This document shows, piece after piece, positions 56,394-64,000 of a stretch of 64,000 nucleotides of DNA; positions within the stretch are counted from its first letter, which is position 1; every line of letters starts with the position of its first letter. The notes under the pieces were generated by a model. It was not told the DNA's origin. It saw only the letters and a list, made by a program, of their open reading frames with translations, and searched no databases. Origin of the DNA: Acidobacteriota bacterium (GTDB taxonomy: Bacteria > Acidobacteriota > Terriglobia > 20CM-2-55-15); contig JAHFTY010000001.1 of the NCBI GenBank assembly GCA_023265365.1, positions 3,656 through 67,655 of the forward strand. Reading direction: 5' to 3'. The translations under genes were made by a program, and so were the position numbers.

Positions 56394-57562
56394 CTGCCGA
56401 TTTCCAAAATGAAGCACTTCAAGTAGTGCGTTTCGGGAACCGCCATCAGTACCGGATGATCCGAGGATTGCATACGTCTTTCAATGACTCGGAGCCAGCA
56501 CCCAGCATCTTTGGCGGCGTCGGCGAGCATTTCGGCGAATAGGGATTCCGGCACATGATGGGAGCATGAGCATGTAATAAGGATGCCGCCGGAACGCAAA
56601 AGGCGCATCGCACGATTGTTGATTTCCTTATAGCCGCGGAGCGCTCCCTCGAGGCTGTCCCTGTTCTTGGCAAAAGCCGGTGGATCCAGAATGATCGTGT
56701 CGTACCGGGCATTCTCGTTGAATCGTTGCCGGAGGAAATCAAAGGCGTTGGCCTCGACGAAATCGATGTTTCGCAGATTGTTCCTTTCGGCGTTGGCCTT
56801 CGCGAGCTCAAGCGCCGGCCCGGAAATATCCACCGCTTCGACCCGGTCGCATTTCTCGCTGACCTGGACTGAAAAGCCACCCGCGTAGCAGAACGCATCC
56901 AAAGTCTTTCCAGATGCATACTTGCGAGCGGCTCGGTGGTTTTCACGCTGGTCCAGATAGGAACCGGTCTTCTGCCCGCCGGTCAGCTCAACCGCGATTT
57001 CCTTGCCGTCTTCGTTGACTGTGATGATTTGGGGCAGGGCTTCGCCTTCAACCCGTTGTTCCAGAGGCAGACCTTCGAGTTCCCGCACCCTGCTATCATT
57101 TCGAAAGAGAATGGACCTGGGGTGATACCGATCCGACACGATGGAACTGAAAAGAGGCTGTAACCGGTCGGTCGACTGGATCAGACTTTGAACCACCAGT
57201 CTTTCGGAGTAGCGATCGACGATCAGGCCTGGCAGGAGGTCGCCTTCGGAAAAAATCCGCCGGCTGAGAAACGGATCCACCCCAAGCCGTTCGCGAAAGC
57301 GGTCGGCGCGGTCGAATCGATCTTGAAAGAACTTCTCATCGATCCGGGAATCGCCCCGGACCAGGAGACGGAGCGCAATCTGAGATTTCGAGCTGTAGAA
57401 CGCCATGCCGACGGAGACGCCGCGTTCATCACGGACACGACAAATACCCCCCGGCCCGACGTCCCGAACGTCCTTGATGTCACTGCGATAAATCCACAGA
57501 TGTCCGCGACGAACGCGTTCGGCTCCAGGCTTTCTGACGACCACCTCGCCGTTCTCCAGCAT
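56390..57562 (-). CDS. rlmI: Class I SAM-dependent 23S rRNA m5C methyltransferase (RlmI-like; PUA + MTase)
   Basis: N-terminal PUA-like domain and Rossmann MTase motifs (VLDAFCYAGGFS, DPPAF). Confidence 0.8.
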   Translation of the reverse strand: MLENGEVVVRKPGAERVRRGHLWIYRSDIKDVRDVGPGGICRVRDERGVSVGMAFYSSKSQIALRLLVRGDSRIDEKFFQDRFDRADRFRERLGVDPFLSRRIFSEGDLLPGLIVDRYSERLVVQSLIQSTDRLQPLFSSIVSDRYHPRSILFRNDSRVRELEGLPLEQRVEGEALPQIITVNEDGKEIAVELTGGQKTGSYLDQRENHRAARKYASGKTLDAFCYAGGFSVQVSEKCDRVEAVDISGPALELAKANAERNNLRNIDFVEANAFDFLRQRFNENARYDTIILDPPAFAKNRDSLEGALRGYKEINNRAMRLLRSGGILITCSCSHHVPESLFAEMLADAAKDAGCWLRVIERRMQSSDHPVLMAVPETHYLKCFILEIGS

Positions 57563-57564
57563 CG

Positions 57565-58614
57565 TTGACCTCCATGCACATCAGTGATTTCGATTACCCG
57601 TTACCTCCCGAACTGATCGCGAGGGAGCCGGCACGACCGCGCGACTCTTCACGGATGATGCTCGTCGACCGAACAGCTGGTGCGTTCGTCGACTCGACGT
57701 TCAGGAGTCTTCCCAATGTTCTGCACCCCGGCGACGTGCTCGTCATTAATGATACGCGTGTGATGCGCGCCAGGATGTACGGAGTGCTCGAGAGGAGGAC
57801 GGGAACGACGCGGCCGATCGAGGTTCTGTTTGCGAATCCCGTGACTTCAACCACGTGGGAAGTGCTGTGCAAACCGGGGAAGCGGGTCCGGCCCGGCGAT
57901 CGAGTGGTTTTCGGAGAGGGCGTCTCAATCGGGACCTTCGGCGACACCCGCGAACACGGATTGAAATTGTTGACCGTGACGGGAACATCATCTGTAACGG
58001 AATTACTTCAACGCTTCGGACATCTCCCGCTGCCTCCTTATATGGAGCGTCCCGCGCGAGACTCCGATGCGATCGCGTATCAAACGATGTTCGCTGAACA
58101 TTCCGGAGCGGTGGCGGCGCCGACCGCAGGATTGCATTTCACACCCGAAGTGATAGAGGCTCTGGCAAGTCGCGGTATCGATGCAGTCGGCATCACACTT
58201 CACGTTGGCATTGGAACCTTCCTGCCGGTTCGAACCGAGGATCCTCGCGAGCATTGGCTGAAGCCGGAATGGTTCAATATCCCCGAGGTCACCGCAGAAC
58301 GGCTGAATTCCGCGAAAGAAACAGGCAATCGGATCATCGCAGTGGGTACGACTTCAACCAGGACGCTTGAGGACGTCTTCAGCAAACACGGACGTTTTCA
58401 CCACGGCTCGGGCTATGCCGGAATGTACATTTTGCCGGGCCACCGGTTTCAAGCGATCGACGGCCTGCTGACGAATTTCCATCTGCCGCGCTCGACGCTG
58501 CTCATGCTTGTCTCGTCGTTCGCCGGCAGGGAGTTGACACTTCGCGCTTACGCTCATGCTGTGGAGAAGAAATACCGGTTCTACAGCTACGGCGACTGCA
58601 TGCTGGTTCTCTAG
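57565..58614 (+). CDS. queA: S-adenosylmethionine:tRNA ribosyltransferase-isomerase
   Basis: QueA conserved blocks (DFDYPLPPELIA, GTTSTRTLE, YRFYSYGDCML). Confidence 0.9.
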   Translation: MTSMHISDFDYPLPPELIAREPARPRDSSRMMLVDRTAGAFVDSTFRSLPNVLHPGDVLVINDTRVMRARMYGVLERRTGTTRPIEVLFANPVTSTTWEVLCKPGKRVRPGDRVVFGEGVSIGTFGDTREHGLKLLTVTGTSSVTELLQRFGHLPLPPYMERPARDSDAIAYQTMFAEHSGAVAAPTAGLHFTPEVIEALASRGIDAVGITLHVGIGTFLPVRTEDPREHWLKPEWFNIPEVTAERLNSAKETGNRIIAVGTTSTRTLEDVFSKHGRFHHGSGYAGMYILPGHRFQAIDGLLTNFHLPRSTLLMLVSSFAGRELTLRAYAHAVEKKYRFYSYGDCMLVL

Positions 58615-58729
58615 AATTGACGCGGGTTTCGGAGAAATGCGGACGTTGGATTTCTTGTAATCACCGGGCCTTGGAAGCTCGATCTTATGCAACTCACTGC
58701 TGTTCGCGGATTTAGGCCCTGCACTTAAG

Positions 58730-58757
58730 TTGACTCCCTGACGGTTTTCGGTATAAT
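58730..58757 (+). promoter_or_regulatory. Sigma-70 promoter of csp (TTGACT-16-TATAAT)
   Basis: A near-consensus hexamer pair. The resulting ~90-nt 5' UTR is typical of cold-shock genes. Confidence 0.6.
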
Positions 58758-58852
58758 GCCCGCCGGTCTAAACTTCGTGGCTTCTTGTAGTTGCGTACCG
58801 ACCTGCTGCGAAGTTCAGGCGGGAAGAGTATCAAGTAAAGGAGTTTCGGGTA

Positions 58853-59062
58853 ATGAGCAAAGAGACGGGCAAAGTAAAATGGTTCAACAACAAAAAAGGA
58901 TTCGGGTTCATTGAGAGGGCTTCAGGCGGCGATGTTTTTGTCCATTATTCGGCAATTGTCAGTGATGGATATAAGACCCTGAAAGAGGGGGACAGTGTTG
59001 AGTTCACGATCACGCAGGGACCGAAAGGGTTCCAGGCGGAAAACGTCGAGAAACTCGCGTAA
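58853..59062 (+). CDS. cspA: Cold-shock protein (CspA family)
   Basis: [15 protein letters not shown] and VFVHYSAI are the RNP1/RNP2 motifs. AGGAG RBS. Confidence 0.9.
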   Translation: MSKETGKVKWFNNKKGFGFIERASGGDVFVHYSAIVSDGYKTLKEGDSVEFTITQGPKGFQAENVEKLA

Positions 59063-59071
59063 AGATTCCAG

Positions 59072-59110
59072 GACCCTGCGGCCGCCTGACTCGCAGGGTC
59101 TTGATGTCTT
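59072..59110 (+). terminator. Putative intrinsic terminator of csp
   Basis: A 9-bp stem gaccctgcg/cgcagggtc with an 11-nt loop, followed by ttgatgtctt. Confidence 0.45.
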
Positions 59111-59119
59111 CGGTAAGTA

Positions 59120-61483
59120 ATGAAGACGAACGGCCCAGCCACACAGTCTCTTCGAACGGACCTCGAATTCTCATCGCAGCGACACCTCGGCAAAAACTAC
59201 ATCGTCGTCAAGGACCCGATCACCAAGCGCTATTTCCGTTTTACTGAAAACCAGAACGTGATTATCGATCTGCTGCGAGCGGAAAATGACCTCTCCGTGT
59301 TGGCCGCTCGCGCTTCCGAAAGGCTTGGAGGGTCGATCTCCATCAACACCGTTCAGGCCTTTCTTCAGTCTCTCGAAGGGAAGCTGCTGCTGGACACGGA
59401 AGCGGTTCGCGAAAAGCTGGCCGATCTGAAAAGCAAGAAACTCGAGGATCGAAATCTCCTTTACTGGAAACTCGCCTCGATTAACCCGGAGCGCGTTTTC
59501 GCCTGGCTTGTGCCTCGCACCAGATGGGCCTTCAGCCGATGGTTTCATGTTCTTGCATGCATACTGATCGTCTCCGGTTTTACGCTGAACTACATTCACC
59601 TAAGAGAACTGACCGTCGACGTTCAGGATCTGTTCAATTTGAATGGGCTGCTACTGGTGTGGCTCGTCACGATGATGGTCGTGACGCTCCATGAGTTCGC
59701 TCACGGACTGACCTGCTGCCATTTTGGAGGAAAGGTGCAGGAGATCGGCTTCATGCTGATCTATTTCCAACCCGCTTTTTACTGCGACGTGAGCGATTCG
59801 TGGATGTTCCCGCCCAAGAAACAGCGAATGCTCGTTACCTTTGCGGGCGGATATTTCCAGTTGTCGATTTGGGGTCTGTGCACGGTCCTATGGCGTATCA
59901 CCGCTCCGGACGCGTTCGTCAACCAGCTTGCTCTGGTCGTCATTGTCTTTGCGGGTGTCCAAACATTGGTGAACTTCAACCCGCTGATCAAACTCGACGG
60001 TTATTACATGCTAAGCGATTACCTGGAAATCCCCAACCTTCGGTCCAAGGCTGTTCATTCGATCTGGGATCGATTTACCGGACGCGGCCGGCCAATACCG
60101 TCTCGCGAGAGGCGGCCACTGATGATCTACGGACTCGCCTCGATCGCGTTTTCGACAACTTTGCTCATGTATGTTTATTCCGCTCTGTATACTTGGGCCA
60201 CTTCCCAGTATGCTTTTGCCGGCTTAGTTGGTTTCGTCATGTTCTCAACGTACACGCTTCGCAGGACGGCGGTGGAATCCATTTCCGGTATCCGGGCAGC
60301 AGTCACTCACGCTTCGTTTCGCAGGTACAGAAACGCGGCAATCCTTATCGCCGCCATCATCGTCGCCTACATCGGACATTGGGAACTCAAGATCCCCGCC
60401 GAATTCAAAGTGATCCCACGAAGCGAGATGACTGTGAGACCGGAGACCGGCGGAATCATCGTTGAGCTGATGGTCCACGAAGGAAGCCGTGTCGCGAAAG
60501 GTGAAGTTCTGGCCCGTCTCCGGGATTTCGAAAAGCAAAAAAAAGTGTCCGAAGTGAATGGCGAGCTTGAACAGAAAATGAGCGGGCTGGCCCTGCTTCG
60601 CGCCGGTGCCCGTCGCGAAGAAATCGATCGAAAACAAAAGCTGGTGGACACCAAACAGGTCGAACTCGCCAATTCGCGGCGGAATCAGGAACAGCGCAAC
60701 CAGCTCGGACAAAGCCTTGAGCGAAAGAAGTCCGAACTGCAACTGGATCAACAGATATTGGCCAGAGCGCACGAACTGTTCGCCGGCGGCTTGATTCCCC
60801 GAGCCGAACTGGAACGGTCGCAGACCGCGGTTACCGTGCGTGAGCGCGAAATCGGCGAAATCGAAGCGGCCATCCGTGTGGTCTCCGAGACCGGAGATCG
60901 CGAGTCGGATTTGAAATACCGGGAACTGGCGGAAGCCGAAAGTGAATTGCGCCTCATGCAGGCGGGCAGCCGGCCCGAACAGATCCGCGAAGCCGAGGCG
61001 GAGGTAAGGAAATTGCAGGAGCAGGCTCGAATTCTCAACTCGGAACTCGAAAAAACTGACATTCGTGCGCCCATCGACGGAGTGGTCAGCACACCGTTTG
61101 TCGAAAGAAAACTCAATCAAAGTCTGGCCGCTGGCGACGAGCTGTGCAAGATCGTCGACACCAGCCGGGTAACAATCGAAATGCTGGTGCCGGAAAAGGA
61201 GCTGGCAGACGTCCGCGCAGGAAACCATATCTCAATGAAACTCCGGAGCTTCCCATCGCTCGATGTTCAGGGCCGCGTCGATTTCATTGCGCCCGTCGCC
61301 CAGACGATCAACGGCCAACAGATGGTCGTCGTCCGAAGCGAGATTCCGAATGAGCAGATGACGTTGAAACCGGACATGACCGGTGTCGCCAAGATCTTTG
61401 CAGGCGATCGCCGAATCATCGATCTTTTCTCGAGACGTTTCATACGTTGGATTCGCACCGAATTCTGGGATCTCCTGCCTTAA
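59120..61483 (+). CDS. Fusion protein: PqqD-like peptide-recognition (RRE) domain + S2P/M50-family intramembrane zinc metalloprotease + HlyD-type periplasmic adaptor
   Basis: The region aa ~25-95 (YIVVKDPITKRYFRFTENQNVIIDLL...VQAFLQSLEGKLLL) resembles PqqD/RRE. A TM block carries HEFAHGLTCCHFGG (HExxH) and NFNPLIKLDGYYM (the NxxPxxxLDG S2P motif). The C-terminal ~330 aa has the HlyD pattern: a TM anchor, beta-strand, long coiled coil (EQRNQLGQSLERKKSELQL...), then IRAPIDGVVS... Confidence 0.6.
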   Translation: MKTNGPATQSLRTDLEFSSQRHLGKNYIVVKDPITKRYFRFTENQNVIIDLLRAENDLSVLAARASERLGGSISINTVQAFLQSLEGKLLLDTEAVREKLADLKSKKLEDRNLLYWKLASINPERVFAWLVPRTRWAFSRWFHVLACILIVSGFTLNYIHLRELTVDVQDLFNLNGLLLVWLVTMMVVTLHEFAHGLTCCHFGGKVQEIGFMLIYFQPAFYCDVSDSWMFPPKKQRMLVTFAGGYFQLSIWGLCTVLWRITAPDAFVNQLALVVIVFAGVQTLVNFNPLIKLDGYYMLSDYLEIPNLRSKAVHSIWDRFTGRGRPIPSRERRPLMIYGLASIAFSTTLLMYVYSALYTWATSQYAFAGLVGFVMFSTYTLRRTAVESISGIRAAVTHASFRRYRNAAILIAAIIVAYIGHWELKIPAEFKVIPRSEMTVRPETGGIIVELMVHEGSRVAKGEVLARLRDFEKQKKVSEVNGELEQKMSGLALLRAGARREEIDRKQKLVDTKQVELANSRRNQEQRNQLGQSLERKKSELQLDQQILARAHELFAGGLIPRAELERSQTAVTVREREIGEIEAAIRVVSETGDRESDLKYRELAEAESELRLMQAGSRPEQIREAEAEVRKLQEQARILNSELEKTDIRAPIDGVVSTPFVERKLNQSLAAGDELCKIVDTSRVTIEMLVPEKELADVRAGNHISMKLRSFPSLDVQGRVDFIAPVAQTINGQQMVVVRSEIPNEQMTLKPDMTGVAKIFAGDRRIIDLFSRRFIRWIRTEFWDLLP

Positions 61484-61838
61484 AGGACTGCCGTCCTACC
61501 ACAAGAGCATAATTCTTGCGAAAGTTTCGGTATTTTTATTCCAGTTTTTCCGCTCTTTAGCTGTGACAAGCGGAAACTGAATTTCCTTTGCACAGGGCAA
61601 ACCCGTCGAAAGGCGGGGACGCAAAGCTTCGAGACTACCGTCCCACGAATAAAAAGATCATGGATTATTCGTGTCGACCACGTCGGTCGGGCCGCCACAG
61701 CGCGTGAGCTTTGGAGCCGTCTTGTTTTCCACTGTTTCGCAAACCCGGAATCGGGCACTCGTCCGACGTGTGAATTCGGGTCTAAACGTCGCTCAATCGT
61801 CGAAAACGTTTTGTTCTAATCCGTCCCTGGAGGAAAAC

Positions 61839-61940
61839 ATGATCGAGAAAGATGCCGCACTTTTGCTGGATATCGTCGAAGTCGAAGAACTTGAACTGAA
61901 AATCGCGCCGGACAGCGGTTCCGTGCCGATAATCGAGTAG
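61839..61940 (+). CDS. Candidate small peptide gene (33 aa, MIEKDAALLLDIVEVEELELKIAPDSGSVPIIE)
   Basis: A GGAGG RBS sits 5 nt upstream of the ATG. A hairpin plus T-rich tract follows the TAG within ~15 nt. The peptide is acidic and helix-prone, with no Cys. A longer GTG-initiated form (61671) lacks an RBS. Confidence 0.35.
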   Translation: MIEKDAALLLDIVEVEELELKIAPDSGSVPIIE

Positions 61941-61952
61941 ATACTCTCGGAG

Positions 61953-61996
61953 TGAGAGGGGCGAACTTCCCATCGTCCCTCTCATTGTTTGTCTCC
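61953..61996 (+). terminator. Putative intrinsic terminator after the small peptide ORF
   Basis: Stem tgagaggg/ccctctca with a loop, then ttgtttgtctcc. Confidence 0.4.
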
Positions 61997-62021
61997 ATGC
62001 AGACTCAATCCGTAATCCGCG

Positions 62022-64000
62022 ATGAGATTTAGCCAGCTATCGCGTTCGTGCCGGCTCTATCTGGTTGCCGTGTATCTACTCGGCATACCCTTTGCCGCGC
62101 TCTGTTTTTTTCCCGCCGGAAGTTACACCGCACTCTGGATTCTGTTGACCCTGACATCCGCGTTTGTCGCAACGATTAACGTTCGATTGCCGAAGATTTC
62201 TTCAGTCATCTCGATGGGAGACGTCTTCATCATATTGGCCCTCACTCGATTCGGGCCGGGACCGGCATTAGTCACCTACTGGGTGGACATCTTCGCCGCC
62301 CACCTGGTGGACGTTGTGCGCAAAACGGGACTGCGCGGCCTCGCAAAGGTCATGTGGTACCGTTTCGTGTTCAACCTCGCCTGCTGCGCGATTTCCGTTT
62401 GGATCATGTGGAAAGCTTACGGACTGGGCATGGCTGCGGAATTTGGTTCTCCGGCCAATCAAGTGCTGGCTCTTGGCGGAGTCGCGCTCGCCTGGTTCCT
62501 GGCCAACACGCTGACCGTCTCCATGGCGATCTCATTCTGGTCGAATCAGAAGTTTGCAGTCGTGTGGCGCGAAGGCGTCGGCCTTTATCTGCTCAATTTC
62601 TTCGGGTCGGCCGCGGCCGCCGGGTTGATTTCTCTCTTCTACGAAAGAGCCGGCTTCTTTGTGATGTTGCTCTCACTGCCGATCGCCGTGGTGCTGTACC
62701 AGCTCTACCTTTTCAACTTTCAGAAGTACGAACAGGCCCAGAAGCATATTCACGATCTGAACACGCTTTACCTGGAGACCATCGAAGTGATGGCCAGCGT
62801 AGTTGACGCGAAGGATCCATACACGCACGGTCATATCCGGCGTGTGCAGGTGTACTCGGTATGTCTTGCGGAGTGCCTCGGTATCACGGACGAAAACCAT
62901 TTGATGGCGATTCGGGCCGGCGCATTGCTACACGACATTGGGAAAATTGCGATACCCGAATACATTCTGAACAAGCCGACGGTGCTCACCGCGAACGAAT
63001 ACGAGAAAATGAAAATACATCCCGTCGTGGGCGCGAACATGTTGAAGGGCATCCATTTTCCTTTTCCGGTCGAGCCCTTGGTGAAGTCCCATCATGAGCG
63101 GTGGGACGGCAAAGGATACCCCGAAGGGCTTAGCGGCGAAGCGATCCCCATCAGCGCGCGCATCCTTTCGGTTGCCGATTGCTATGACGCCCTTACCACA
63201 AATCGTCCCTATCGATCGCCGATGCCGCACGAACAGTTGGTTCAGTTCTTCCAGCGTGAGGCCGGCCGTGCATACGACCCTTCCGTGATCGATGCTCTAA
63301 TCAAGAATCTGGACACGCTTCAGGCGAGGGTCGCGGGGGCTCACATTCCCACGACCAGTGTCTGGGACATCGACGATGCGAGCGCGAACTCCGGAAAGGA
63401 GACGATGCGTCCGCTGGAGCATGTTCAGCCAACGCGAACTTACGACCAGGCGCTGAGGGGAAGTCCTGAAGTCCAACGCGAGCTTTATTCTGTTTTCGAA
63501 TTCGCTCGCGCTGAAAGCTACTGTCTTTCGGAACGAGACGTCCTCTTCTTCATGGGAGCAAAGCTCGAAGCGCTGGTACGTTTTGATGCCGCCGTTTTCT
63601 ATCTTGCGGACGACGAAAGCAGCACCCTGACGGCAAAACATGTAATTGGCAGCGCACAGGAAGGCCTCGTGAAGCGCTCCTTGAAACTCGATCAAAAGCT
63701 CAGCGGCTGGGTGGCGGTGAATAACCAATCGTTGTCCAATCTGCCTCCATTTCCCGACTTTCTTTCCCATCCTGAACCCAAGCCTAACTTTGAAAACTCC
63801 TGCATCGTCCCCCTGAATAAGGAGGGCGTCGTTCTCGGTACTCTCTCGCTCTATCGAAAAGAGAAAATTCCCTTCGCGGAAGAAGAATTCCGGCGGCTCG
63901 AAATCGTCGCGTCGCAAACCAGCCTGGCACTCCATCGCGTCCGCGAGACGTCCGGCGACGAAGAGTTTTTGGTCGATACGACAACAGGCGTGGCGAACGG
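62022..64000 (+). CDS. Membrane-anchored HD-GYP phosphodiesterase with C-terminal GAF domain; partial (runs off window end)
   Basis: The frame is open from ATG 62022 to the window end, so it is absent from the ORF track. It has ~6-7 N-terminal TM helices. The HD domain carries HGHIRRV...LLHDIGK...HHERWDGKGYP (HD-GYP signature). A GAF-like region follows. Confidence 0.8.
   Translation, partial: MRFSQLSRSCRLYLVAVYLLGIPFAALCFFPAGSYTALWILLTLTSAFVATINVRLPKISSVISMGDVFIILALTRFGPGPALVTYWVDIFAAHLVDVVRKTGLRGLAKVMWYRFVFNLACCAISVWIMWKAYGLGMAAEFGSPANQVLALGGVALAWFLANTLTVSMAISFWSNQKFAVVWREGVGLYLLNFFGSAAAAGLISLFYERAGFFVMLLSLPIAVVLYQLYLFNFQKYEQAQKHIHDLNTLYLETIEVMASVVDAKDPYTHGHIRRVQVYSVCLAECLGITDENHLMAIRAGALLHDIGKIAIPEYILNKPTVLTANEYEKMKIHPVVGANMLKGIHFPFPVEPLVKSHHERWDGKGYPEGLSGEAIPISARILSVADCYDALTTNRPYRSPMPHEQLVQFFQREAGRAYDPSVIDALIKNLDTLQARVAGAHIPTTSVWDIDDASANSGKETMRPLEHVQPTRTYDQALRGSPEVQRELYSVFEFARAESYCLSERDVLFFMGAKLEALVRFDAAVFYLADDESSTLTAKHVIGSAQEGLVKRSLKLDQKLSGWVAVNNQSLSNLPPFPDFLSHPEPKPNFENSCIVPLNKEGVVLGTLSLYRKEKIPFAEEEFRRLEIVASQTSLALHRVRETSGDEEFLVDTTTGVAN

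Noticed and set aside
56335-56420. HAIR (HspR) inverted repeat upstream of hsp20
   Set aside because: TTGAGC...CTGAGT is not a true palindrome matching CTTGAGT-N7-ACTCAAG. A sigma-70-like TTGACA/TATGCT pair explains the region better.
61671-61940. Longer 89-aa GTG-initiated version of the small peptide ORF
   Set aside because: No Shine-Dalgarno ahead of the GTG, and the N-terminal extension crosses the AT-rich stem-loop region. The internal ATG with a GGAGG RBS is the more credible start, so it is reported as the 33-aa form.
61905-61940. Lasso-peptide reading of the peptide C-terminus (SGSVPIIE as an S1...E8 macrolactam ring)
   Set aside because: There is no tail after the putative ring Glu and no Thr at leader position -2. 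No lasso cyclase or B-protein genes are nearby. The motif match is coincidental.

Overview
This 64 kb window is high-GC chromosomal DNA. I infer it is from an Acidobacteriota-like bacterium, based on a VWFA-related Acidobacterial-type VWA protein, a GWxTD protein and a carboxypeptidase-regulatory-domain OMP. Coding density is about 90%. No rRNA, tRNA, CRISPR or mobile elements were seen. Most genes are core housekeeping, some in conserved operons:
- envelope assembly: bamA, a SurA_N chaperone and tamB;
- protein export: tgt-yajC-secD-secF;
- tonB-exbB-exbD-exbD with a TPR lipoprotein;
- stress and translation: relA/spoT, ridA, serS, rpmB, rpsU, pta, queA, rlmI, csp;
- a heat-shock cluster hsp20-clpB-CIRCE-groEL.
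Interspersed are accessory and regulatory modules:
- a FecCD-type ABC importer plus a GT-C membrane glycosyltransferase;
- two histidine-kinase systems, one paired with an NtrC-type regulator;
- an ECF sigma / zinc-type anti-sigma / TPR-CHAT protein cluster;
- an amidase preceded by a tiny GatC/AtzG-like ORF;
- an acyl-CoA mutase catalytic subunit translationally coupled to two orphan OppD/F-type ATPases.
The most unusual locus is at 59.1-64 kb. It holds a 787-aa fusion of a PqqD-like peptide-recognition domain, an S2P/M50 intramembrane metalloprotease (HExxH and NxxPxxxLDG motifs) and an HlyD-type periplasmic adaptor. About 350 bp downstream lies an isolated 33-codon ORF with a strong RBS and its own terminator-like hairpin. 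That ORF is in turn followed by a membrane HD-GYP/GAF phosphodiesterase. I interpret this as a candidate, apparently undescribed, peptide recognition/processing/export or signalling module.
All coordinates derive from the supplied ORF track plus codon arithmetic. Motif coordinates may be off by a base or two.
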